Positions 37,580 through 49,200 of a DNA stretch of 64,000 nucleotides are shown piece after piece. Made by a program: the position numbers and the translations under genes. Below the pieces are notes generated by a model, which saw only the letters and a list, made by a program, of their open reading frames with translations, was not told the DNA's origin and did no database searches. Origin of the DNA: Anthoceros angustus (taxonomy: Eukaryota > Plantae > Anthocerotophyta); NCBI GenBank assembly GCA_010909165.1, contig VJWM01000151.1, positions 550,248 through 614,247 on the forward strand, given 5' to 3'. The stretch's first letter is position 1. Each line of letters opens with the position of its first letter.

Positions 37580-38699
37580 CAATTACAGCCGTAGCATAAA
37601 GCGATGAAGGAATTGGCCGGTGGCGCTCCCAATTCGACTTGCCTCTTTTGCGCCCCACTGCTGCTGCAACGACGTTCAAACGAAGCGAGGCCGCTTTGAA
37701 GGTGTTTCGCGCTTGTGGCAGCGTCGAGCACTTGGGAACATAAACCCCTGTTTGAGCCGCGATTACCATATGAGTTGCCCCGGTCTCAATCGATTGGCAG
37801 AGTACGCTGGTAAAATCCATGGAGATTTACCTTCATTTAAATCGATTCCTTGTTTCAAATCCGGTTTACATGCAGGCGGTGGCACATGTCGTTGGGGAAA
37901 GGCGGCGCCGTTACTCTCAATGAGTTCAAAGATTTCCGTTCTTTGAGCATTTAAGTGGTGCATGCATCGCATTTGTCACCGCCTTCGTCTTGACTCTTCT
38001 AGCTAAGACTCTACATATGTCACACCGACTCTAAGGTGAGCGGTAGTCGGGTTGGAGACTAGTGTGACCTCACGAGTTCGAGTGCACCACGATGTTACAC
38101 TTAACTCACTCACAGGCGTTTGAGGTGATCGCATTCAGTTTGCAATTGTATAGGCTTTCAAATGTTCCTCCAGAGTGACAATCGGCTTCCACGGATTTTG
38201 TAGGGCGAGGAAAAGCGATCTTTGTCGCAATTCGGAGGGACTTTGATGCTACTCGGAAGAGGAACGCAATACCGGCAGGCAGTGCAGGGTGTGTCGAAGT
38301 TTGTAACCGCGACACCGCAAAGCCCTGGTGCAATGTGGACCATCGATGGTGTGTTTCGTCCTCTACCTCTACACTCCAACGCACTTTATATGGAACTGGA
38401 ATTGTAGACAAACCAGGTGGATGCTTGCGTACTGAATACTGTTGAGATGACTTCTATAGGCGAAGGCTGGAGGAGGCGCATAAACATCACCAAGACTTCC
38501 TCGGTGTGTTCCCCACACTCCAAGAAACGTGAACCTCTATGCAGCTATGAAGCGGAGTCCGGAAGTTCGAGGCATGGAGGAAGAGGACAAATCGATCGCC
38601 GACATTGCGCCGCCGGGGTTTGTTTGCAGCGGATGAAAGCAAGGTCAGCACGGCTCAACCTCACGATGAATCACCGATTGCCGAACCGGTATCGGCGAA

Positions 38700-41600
38700 G
38701 GATGGGTAATGAGAGATGCTCTTTCCACCCCAAGCCCGAGTGAAACATTTGTAGCGAGCGATGTGTGGATTCGGTGATTCAAAAAGGCGGGCATGTGGGG
38801 TTCCATTGTCCAAAAGCGATAGCGAGGTAGTGATGGACTTGAAAACCATCTTTGCAACAAGCTCGTGTGCAAACTCGCAAGGCAAACTTGCAAGAGCAGC
38901 GTATCGTTATCGAGGATGGGGAGGCGGAGCAAGAAGCGTTTTGCGTCACTAGTGGATGTGGACATCGCGGCGAAACCTAAGGAGAAGGTCATCACACATA
39001 TCATGGGAACTGGGCGCATTCGGTGTTGTTTGCAAGCATTCCGGAGAGTTTATTGCATAGGTTCCAAGCGGTATGAGGAGTTGAAGGCCAGAGTATTGTG
39101 CAATGCTCCATGGGACGGAGCCAGACTGAATCCTCGGCAACCCTCGTCGCATGCACAGGGAGCTGTTGCATGGATGGATTCCACTTTTCAATTCATGTCG
39201 GAAAGGCGCGAGCGTCGATGTTTTTCACATGCCCGATACATTTTCCAAGTTGGAAATATGGGCCCAGTACCGACGGATATGGCACGGTCCTCCATGAAGT
39301 TCGTCTCCTATGCGTATTTCTTAACCCTGTGGAGAAACAACTTTCCGAAGGTCCGGATACCAAAATCAAACAGGTTTTCTACTTGTTCTCTGTGCGAGGG
39401 CCTCAAGCGCACTATTCGCAACACATCTGGCAAGGCAGATCAAGGTTTGTTCCTTTAATCACAAGGCGAATCAAGTTTGGGGGAAATTCGAATGCTGTTC
39501 GTTGACATGTTGCCGGCATGGTAGGGACCGTGTTTATCAATCTGGTTTATGGGCGCCGTCATGCCCACACCAATGTTGATAACATGTGGGCGCTGGCATG
39601 CCGGCACCATCGTGCTTGCAATGGCAGGGTAGGCGTCCGCAAGCTGACACATGCGTGCATGATGTTTGGAGGAAGGCGCCGGCATGCCGGTGCCTATGTA
39701 ACCATAGCTCCGGTTACAAAGGCGCCGGCATGCCGGCGCCTATGCCCATAGATATGGTTACATAGGCGCCGGCATGCGGCGCCTATGCCCATAGCTCCGG
39801 TTACAAAGGCGGCATGCGGCGCCTATGTACATAGCTCAGGTGCGGGCGCCGGCATGCCGCGCCTATGTATAGCTACGGGTGCGGGCGCCGGCATGCGGCG
39901 CCTATGTAACCATAGCTCCGGTTACAAAGGCGGCATGCCGGCGCCTATGTTCATACCACGGTTTTGCGAAACCGTCATGACCCGACCTATGTCCGTAGCA
40001 ATGGTTATGCGGGCGCCGGCATATGTCCATACATCGGTTTATGCGGGCATGACCCGACCTATGCCGGCAATATATGTCGGCGCCGCATGCGGCGCCTATG
40101 GGCATATATTGTTCCCCATGGGTATAGTGCATGGTCGCAATACATGGTCGCCATACATCCGGTGCCTTCACCTTAGTCCTTGCATGCGGTGTCTGTAACC
40201 ATAGCTCCGGTTACAAGGCGGCATGCGGCGCCTATATATAGATATGGTTACATAGGCGCCGGCATGCGGCGCCTATATATAGATATGGTTACATAGGCGC
40301 ATGCGGCGCCTATGTATAGCTACGGGTGCGGGCGCCGGCATGCGCCTATGTATAGCTACGGGTGCGGGCGCCGGCATGACGGCGCCTTTGTGCGTACTTT
40401 GCTCCTATTACATAGGCGACGGCATACCGGTGCCTATGTTCATACCACGGTTTTTGCAGGCACCGTCATGACCCGACCTATGTCCGTAGCAATGGTTATG
40501 CAGGCGCCGGCATGCCAGCGCCTATGTCCATACATCGGTTTATGCAGGCACCGGCATGACCCGACCTATGCCGGCAATATATGTCGGCGCCGACACGCTG
40601 GCGCCTATGGGCATATATTGTTCCCCATGGGTATAGTGCATGGTCTGCAATACATGGTCGCCATACATCCGGTGCCTTCACCTTAGTCCTTGCATGCGTG
40701 CATGCGGCGCCTATGTCCATACATCGGTTTATGTGCCCGTACTCATGTAGGAGTTTTGGTCAAATGTGGTGGAGATCGTTGTGCAATACTCCTTGTTTTG
40801 ACATGTGCATATTTTTCGGTTGTGCGGTATATGAAGGGGCACTGGCGTCTCATCGACTACGTCTGAGCAGAGGGACAAAGCGCAAAGCATCGCTCTAAAA
40901 GTTATGCTCAACCTCACAAGTACATGCTTCTGGCTATCGATGGTATGGACCAAAAGAAGACCGAGCTGCCCCATTTTATTCGATACCCAAAAGATTTAGC
41001 GGATAGTTCACTTATTAATGTTCATGTAGTGGGTGTATGGTGCATAATTACACTTTCAAGGCGAGGCGTATTTGCATTATGCCAATTTGGAATGACGCGA
41101 ATCTAACTATCAACATAATTCAAGATGTCATATTTTCATATGAAGGGGTGCTTCCAAAAGTGCTTTATCTCCAGCTTGACAATACATGCCGGGAGAACAA
41201 AAATCAGTTGTTATTCGCATACCTAAATATGCTCGTTGACCTTCAAGTGTTTGTGAAAGTGAAGGTTGGTTTCCTTCTGGTTGGTCACACACATGATCAG
41301 GTAGATCAAATGTTTTCTTGTTTCTCGAAGCTTCTGAGACACAAAGAGGCTTTTACAATAGATACACTGGCGGACATTCTGACAGCAGCATTCACTCCAA
41401 AACCGGAAGTGAAGATTATAACGGAAGTAGCGGACTTTCGTTCATATGTATGGCCGATCAGGAAAGGAGCAAGAGGATATGCATACAAGGCGGCAGTGAA
41501 ACAGCTGAACAACCTTTCCTTCCAACATCAGTTCAAAATCACACGGGAAGAACGGCAAGACCGTGGCCACGTTACTGTTGTTCGCAGCAAGCAGTATTCC

Positions 41601-42503
41601 ACTTCACCAGTCTGGGAATCAGAAGATGGTTTAGAATTTTTGAACTTCGTTCCCACCATTGCAGTTGGTCCAGCTCCGCTTATGGCTTTGAAAGCGAAAG
41701 ACAAAAAGGGGCAAGATGGTGGTCTGTCGCCATCAGAAGGTGTGAAGCACTTGAAGAATGGGTTATTGAACTTGAGGACATACATAACGGCGGCAGAGAG
41801 AGTGTGGTGGAGGTTGTTTTGGATTGATCAAGAGGGAATCGCCCTTATTGTGGAGAACAACATAGCTCTTGTGCTAAAACAGCCATGGAGATGGTACAAT
41901 AGAGCGGAGGCAGAGGCGAACTTGCCTCCGCTCCAAGTCCCTGAAGAGGTTGTCCTCGACGAAGCATTACTCAGAGAGGTACCCCAACGCGATATGTATT
42001 TGGGGGCATATCAGAATATTGGTCGCCAACAGCAACAAATTGAAAAAATGAATGGGGATATCAAGGAGATACGGAAAGGAATGTTCATCGCTACTCCATG
42101 TGCGGAGGCGCACATACAGGCTTTTGGATTGGGAAGGTGGACAGTGGACTTTAATTGTGAGAAGCCTTCGCTTATGGTCCACTATGAATCGAGCACACCG
42201 ATGCGTTTGAAGGAAATATGTTGAAGAATTTTTGTTCGGGGGACGCCTTGAGGACATGGGAAGCAGGTGGGAAAAAGAGGATTACCAAAGAACATCCAAC
42301 GGTTGTTTGTTGACAAGACTATAATCTTCTATTATGGATTCAACTTGAATGGAAGGAAACACTTGTATGCTTCAGATAAGAAGGCCATTCGTGAAAAACT
42401 AAATCAGCTTCGCCCTTTTCTGCAACCAGGAGAGGACGATAGCGACCAGGAAGCTGATGACGGAGGTCCTATATTGGATGAAGGAATTGAGTCGGCGAGG
42501 TGA
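38700..42503 (+). CDS. DDE-type transposase (DUF7869-like motifs), interrupted by a repeat-filled intron/insert (~39445-40820) and several frameshifts
   Basis: N-part CLQAFRRVYCIG...AVAWMDSTF...FLTLWRNNFPKVRIPKSNRFSTCSLC. Core KYMLLAIDGMDQKK...LYLQLDNTCRENKN...VGFLLVGHTHDQVDQMFS. These motifs are typical of a widespread eukaryotic DNA-transposon-associated family. Confidence 0.8.
39590..40730. repeat. Array of GC-rich palindromic units (GGCGCCGGCATGCCGGCGCC) with a ~490-bp higher-order direct repeat
   Basis: Perfect 22-bp palindrome at 39720-39741 plus many degenerate copies; 39940-40200 repeats at 40430-40700. Confidence 0.9.
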
Positions 42504-43299
42504 AATTGTCGCGGATGTTTGAAAGGGCCAAACTGCGAGAACATGCCCTTGCAAAATAGGCGAGCATGGTTGAGTAGTAGATGTTCACAATTATATAGTT
42601 CTCTATGGGACTCACCCTATTAGGGAGCAGCGCCTACTTTATTCTTGCCGCTCATTAATACGATGTTATCAATTCAAACCGTGCACAAACGGACACAGAA
42701 ACGAAAGTGTCACCCACATATGCTCTTTGTCGTACTGTCCCAAGGCCTAAGGTTAATTAATATGCCCATGAACTCGGCAGTAAAATGCAGTTGTTGCTTC
42801 TTGCTATCGCGCTAACCGCGCGAGATGGGAATGGATAGAAGTTCATCTCTGTACACAGGGTGCGGGGAGTGGGTGGGCGCCGGCATGCCGGCGCCCACAG
42901 ACTACGTGCCTTGTATACGACCAGCCACAATAAAATTCTGGGAAAAAACAACCGGCCTGGCTTGATGTTGCATTGGCGTGTGCGAGAATACAACCAAGGC
43001 CGTACACCTCATCCACGTTACAAATCTGCTCCATGCTCAACACTTCATGCATATCCATATATTTCCCAAACCACTCATCATGCGTGTAAAAGTTGCATAT
43101 TACAAAGCATAGCAGCCCTCTGCAGCCTACATGGACTTAAATATGGGCATGTTTTGCGGCAAAATTGCATTCGCCTTCCAACAAATCCCTTTGTTTGGCC
43201 ACCCCATGTCATGAACTCATGTTCAAGAACATGTGCCACCCTTTTTTCCCTCTTACTTTCAAACAAATAGTCCAAGAAGGGTTTGAGTGCCCATGTTGC

Positions 43300-43800
43300 C
43301 GCCGGTTATTTGTATAAAGTGGGAAAACGCCGCTTCCTGTTTATTACGACGGAAAGAACATTATGGTGTTATGAGGTGGAGAGAGAGGCCTGTCACCGTC
43401 AGTAGATCCTTCCAGACCATCATCAGCAGCGGAGAAATGACCAACGCCATCCATTGATGCATTCTCATTAAGGTCAGCATTAGTTGTTTCTTCCCCTTCC
43501 TCATGGTGAGAAGTAGCTGAAGATTCTAGGTGGGCTTCGGACTCACCATCAGAAAACGGATAATCAGCAAAAACAGCGGAAGAAGAATCAACATGTGGAG
43601 GACTAGGTGTGCTATCTTCTGAATTTTCAATTTCAGTAAACTCACGTGAAGGAGAAAAATGCAGATATGAATCGTCGAATTCTACAGTGTTAGGAGAATG
43701 TAGTTAACAAAAGGTGACACTACGGGCAAGTGTGAGTTTCCTGGTCTTAGGGTCATACAGCTTGTAGGCTTAACACCATAAACCTTCAAGAGGGGGAATA
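43300..43800 (-). mobile_element. Copia integrase C-terminal (SH3-like) fragment
   Basis: Minus-strand peptide YGVK(A)YKLYDPKTRKLTLARSVTF at ~43715-43785. Confidence 0.6.
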
Positions 43801-44216
43801 TACAAACCCTCTTCGGTTGCTGGTGGACCCTCTTGACATAGATCACACCTTTCTGGAAACTATGTTTTTTTCACGTTTGTGACGTATGTCCACCCTTGTC
43901 CGATGGATCCCATGTTGGAAACAACGATTTACGCAATTCCATGTGTGCATGTAATAAACGGACGCCGGCTGGCCGGCGATAGGACCCTCGTCAAAGCAAT
44001 GGTCCACAATGTAGGAAGGAAAATTAAAATTCCACCACTTGAAGACGTTTTTTTTACTGCAAACTATGCGAGTGGCCAACCTTGAGCATATACCTCTATC
44101 AGGCCACAAAACTTATCGTTAAATACCGCCGACGAAATATAAGGCGTCTACAATGGATCATTAGGATGGCTCAAGCTGCATTCGTCTCACACTGTCACAT
44201 CAGTCTAAGACAACCG

Positions 44217-46262
44217 CTAGGTTTCTAATCGCTCTACTTCTTCGTCTTCAAATTATCGTTTTCTTCCAAGGCCTTCGTCTTCGTTCACATCACACTTGGG
44301 GTGGTCCTGTGAGGCGGTGCCACATCATCCAACGTTTGCTGCCCATCTTCCAAAAGTTCACCTGTTGTCGTCTGCAACCTCCTGGCACTCAATGAAACAA
44401 CTTGTGCTTTCAGACTATCTTTTTCGCTGATACATACCTCCTTTGCCCAGAACTATGAAGGTCCTCTGCGATGCGGTTGAAATGTAAGCTCTTCCTCTGC
44501 ATCTGGAAGGACCTCATAACCATGTATTCGTTGAGAAATGTACCCTGCACACCTCAAATCGCCTCAAGCGCAATGCGATTCGTCCACTGAGGACTGCAGC
44601 AAGTGTGGTGGTTCCACTGCCCGAACATGCATCAAGAACCCAGTCCCCTTCCTTTGAGAAGGTCCTTATAAGTTTCATCGAAGACCAAGTGGGCGTTGAT
44701 AAGGGCATACCACAAGTTTGTCATTGGGCGGTAGACTGTTTCTTCACCACCGATGGCGTGTCCTATAGTGAGCCTCCCATTGTTGAACGTCCGTGCATAG
44801 CAACGACATAGGAGCTCTATCCTTTGTGCTTGTGTCTTTCAAACACCATCCGACGGTGATGTATTCCACAGTCTCAAACCCGCCTCTGTCATTTTGCATG
44901 TTGGTCTTATCCCATATGAAGGATACCAATCCGCCTTTCCCTGTCCATGTCCGCATGGATTCCCTGACGGTATGGGCTTCTTCAACCCTATGCATGACTA
45001 TAATGCGGAACTCTTCAATTGTTGTCTTTTCCTCAAAGCTCTGAAACACTGTTCGCATCATTGCCATGTCCACCCGCTTATCCATAGGGCCAATGTCAAA
45101 CCCACGAGGAACGTCCATCACTAGAAGCATGTACCCCCTCGTCCTCAGAAACCCCCGCATGTCAAGAATATTTCTTGTCTCCACCTGGTATTGCACCTGT
45201 TTGTCACTGGAAGGCACGTTAAATATGTTAAGACCTTCTTCCAGGTCCTTATCAGCCAAAGCCCTTTGCTCGTTTTCAAGACCTTTCCAGTTGTTGACTT
45301 CAAATATAAAATGGCGGAAGTCATCCGGCAGCTTCGCCAAAACCTCGACGTCCTTTAGTTGCTGCAAGTTTAAAACCAAACCACATCGTCAGTGCCCCAT
45401 GGACAGAAAGAGGCGCCCTCCTAATAGAGGCCGACACCTCCACAATGGCGCCTTGATGGGGGCGGGCGGCGCCTCCACAATGGATGCCGATGAAGGGCGC
45501 GGCCCCGGCCCTCCACAATGGATGCCGATGAAGGCGGCGGTGAGCGCGCCCTCCATGTGCGTGAGGCACGGATGGGAGGCGGCGGCCCGGCTCCTCCCAC
45601 CATGCCTCCCGCACATGGAGGCGCCGGCCGCCTCCACCAAGGTGTCCATTGTGGAGGCGCCGCCACAATGCCAATGACACGAACTCTTCAATAGAAATGG
45701 CTTTCTCACCTTGCCGGCAAATGCTGTTTGAAACCGTGCCAGCACACTATCTGTTGCATGATGGGGGTACTCTTCCCGCACCTCCTCGAACGATGAGCAC
45801 CCAAGATGTTTCGCCATCGCCACTTGGATGATATGAAATTTCTTCCAGAGGCTGATATCATCATCCATTCCCTTGAGATCAATAAGCCCTGCAAGAACCT
45901 TTTCCGTTGCTGATATTAGTATCTGTTGCCCACATTCCCCTGACGGTATTTCTTGAAACGATTTCCAAGGCTTCGCAAGCATATCCTTCGGCTTCACATA
46001 TGCAGCATCGATTTTCTTGGACTCTTCGGTGACCTTCCGTTTTCCTTTGCCTTTCTTGCTCGTTCCTACTGCGACATGTTTCTTTTGCTCCGGAAGCTCC
46101 CCGGCTTCCCACTTTGAAAAACTCTTGTCCACATTCTCCCATACTCTGCCCTCCTGCTTTGCAATACACAAGATATGAGTCCTGTTGTCCACTTTGTTCT
46201 GCTTGTACACATCGTCCTCTCGCCCCTCATCGTCGTGAATCAACCCTAGTGTGGTGACCACA
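44217..46262 (-). CDS. 3' part of the ParB-linker-DNA amino-methyltransferase (beta class, N6_N4_Mtase-like) gene; GT-AG intron 45709-45362
   Basis: Helical linker (WENVDKSFSKWEAGEL...HLGCSSFEEVREEYP) splices in phase 0 (AFAGK|QLKDVEV). Then motif-IV-like LLVMDVPRGF (45101-45115), FIWDK, VEYITVGW, CPYQRPLGL and motif I GDWVLDACSGSGTTTLAAVLSGR..IALE. Motif IV before motif I indicates the beta class. A few frameshifts. Confidence 0.8.
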
Positions 46263-49200
46263 TGGGTACTCAGACCCCCCTCGAAAAGGAGTGTTTTTTT
46301 TTGTTTTGTGTTTAGGTTGTGAGAATCGTGTGGAGTTGGGATGTGAAGTAGGTTAGGAAATAAGAAAAGCCTACTAGAGCCTAGTAGGAGGAAGAGAGTC
46401 TAGTCCCGATCCCGGATGTAACCTTGAGGGTTGGTCGCTCGGCCGGTTAACGCGTGCTAGGCCGCAACAGGACTGCTATGACAAAGAACCGACTGGAGCC
46501 TGCTATGGTAGCAACCAAGTCGGAGTTATTTTCCGATAAATGGAAAACCTATTTGAGTGAAATCATTGGAAATACCCGAACGGAAGTAACGGGGTCCTAT
46601 TTCCAATGGAAGAGACAAGGAATATTTGCAGGCGAAGGCGGCGCCACACCTCAAGCTCGGAGCACTGACGAGGAGGAAACGCGCCGCGAATCGGAGGCAG
46701 TCACGAGCGCTCGAGAGGGCCGAATCGGGTGGGATGGCGGTGGCGGAGGCGGTGTTTGAAAGAAGGAAGCCCAAAGAGGAGTCGAGGAAGAGGCCATCTC
46801 CGGTGGCGGAGGCGGCGAACGGACGGTGGAGAACGCTGGGCGCGCAATGCAAGGGGCGCGCCGAAATTCGCCCAATGGCGGGTGGGGAGTAATCGGGCCG
46901 TGTAGCTCACGGAGAAGACTAGGCGGGCGCGTGCGGCGACGGGTACCGCAAGGAGCTAAGGAGAGCAGTGGATAGGCGGGGGCCGAGGAATGCAGAAAGG
47001 GAAGTGTGCAGGCGGGCGGTGGCACGCACTGGGAGGTCGCGACAAGGGCAAGACAAAGCGCACTGTGGGTCACTCAACTGGTTGCAGGATACATCCTCAA
47101 GCCTCTGCAGGTACACCAAGCCTCACACAACCGAGGTAGGCCGGAGATCGGCTGAGCGAGGCAAAGTGTATGGCCGAGGATAAGAACGGGGTTTCAATTC
47201 GAGGGGTGCCGGTGTCAAGTCGGACACGTAAACGGCCGAAGATAGGGGTCAGAATAATAAATCGTGGTCTGACGCGCTTCCAAGTGCTGAGTGAATTGTG
47301 CAGACACCCCCATCGTGAAGTTGGAAGCCGAGCTAAGGAGAGTGTGGGGGATCCTCCACCAACAAGCCGAGCTAAGCGGAAATTTCGGATGGGAAGTCGG
47401 CCCCGAGGAGACCGACATGAACAAGGGAGAAAAGTGGGAAGTGCTGTGGTGGTGCATCGCGATAGCCGGACTCCTTACTGTAAACTCGAGCCACGTCACG
47501 GTCGGAAGCATGGCCCCTAAGAAGACCACTCCGGTGGCCATTGAGGCCATTACCAGCATCAATGGCCCAACATGGGGCAATCGGAGAGTGAAGGCGGGTC
47601 TTTGGTGGCTAAGCATCACTTGTCCTTCATGGACAAAAGTGGTGCTACAATAGCCTGTTGGTTTGGGAGTGCAGACATGAGGGAGAAGGCCACGAGGGAA
47701 GGCAACACGAGAACCAACCCCGCACTGGAATATTCAGTTGTTCCAGTGTCTATGAGAGGCTCAAGAGGAATGTGGTGGAATAATCATTGATCCTTTCGAG
47801 CCATCTCCCAAAAGTCGCAGGAGGCACAAGCCGCCATTGCTCCCACATTGTCTAGGGTGGAGAATGGCTGGGTCACCAACAAGTTAGACCCGAGCCGGAT
47901 TAGCCAGTGGATCCTGTGCTCTCACTCACTAAGAAGCTAGAGCACATTCTTGACCATTTTCTTGTCTTTCTCTATGAGGTGGTGAGAGGGTCCAAGATAG
48001 ATTGGGCTAGGATGTTCTATGACACAAGATGTGGAGAGGGACCACTTGACCCTACCATCACCCAGCCCCTCATTCTATCTCCCTTCTTAATCCACGTTTT
48101 GACCATGCCAAGTTGCCGGAGGGATAGAGATGGTCTCATTTTCCATGCCCGGAGGCCGGTGTTTGAAAGAAGGAAGCCCAAAGAGGAGTCGAGGAAGAGG
48201 CCATCTCCATGGGAGTGAAGATGAGAAGTCCAAGTGTCCATGAAGAGGAATGTGGCGGTTGCTAAGGTATCACCGGTTGCTAACAAAGCAACCGGAGTTG
48301 CTAAGACTCCAACAGCACCAAGAGAGGTCGGCCGAGCAACAGGGGACTCCAACCACTCCTAGAGCCACAAGAGCACGACCGGGAACTCACCGGATGTAAG
48401 GTGATAAAGGAAAGGCCGAGCAAAGACTGCTCAGGAGCGTGGGAAGCCACAGTCAACAGGAGGAATCACCAACCTTGGGCACGGCCGAGACCCCGAGAAA
48501 GTCACTACTGCTCAAGGGGTGACCTCAAGTATACCCCTAAGTGGTCGCAGGGAGAGCCGCGCCAGACAGGAAGGAGGAACCCATCCCCGAGGTTTGGGGC
48601 CTAACATCACCCTACAAGAGCCGGTCTCAAATGGCACGCACTAGGTGAGATGGAGGACCGATAGCTCTGGTCCTCTCTTTGTTAGGTTTACAGCGCAGAA
48701 ACAGGGAGAGCAAAGGAGCTCCGTGGAATGAAGGTGGAGAAGGAGGTCTTGAGGGACGCCTAGGTAGCATGGAAGCGGAATTAAGGAAGGTCCGAGAAGA
48801 GTTGCAGAAGACCACTCCGGTGGCCATTGAGGCCATTACCAGTCAATGGCCCAACATGGGGCCTTTGGAGAGTGAAGGCGGGTCTTTGGTGGCTAAGCAT
48901 CACTTGTCCTTCATGGACAAAAGTGGTGCTACAATAGCCCTGCGTTGGTTTGGGAGTGTCACGGGGCACATGAGGAGAAGGCCACGGGAAGGCAACACGA
49001 GAACCAACCCCGCACTGGAATATTCAGTTGTTCAGGGCATATGAGGCTGAAGAGGAATGTGGTGGAATAATCATTGATCCTTTCGAGCCATCTCCCAAAA
49101 TTGCGAGGCTGCGCCATTGCTCCCACATTGTCTAGGGTGGAGAATGGGGTCACCAACAAGTTAGACCACAGGCTGGCCGGATTAGCCAAGTGGATCCTGC

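Noticed and set aside
39785-40898. Several ORFs rich in GAGAGM/RRRH
   Set aside because: Translations of the palindromic repeat array.
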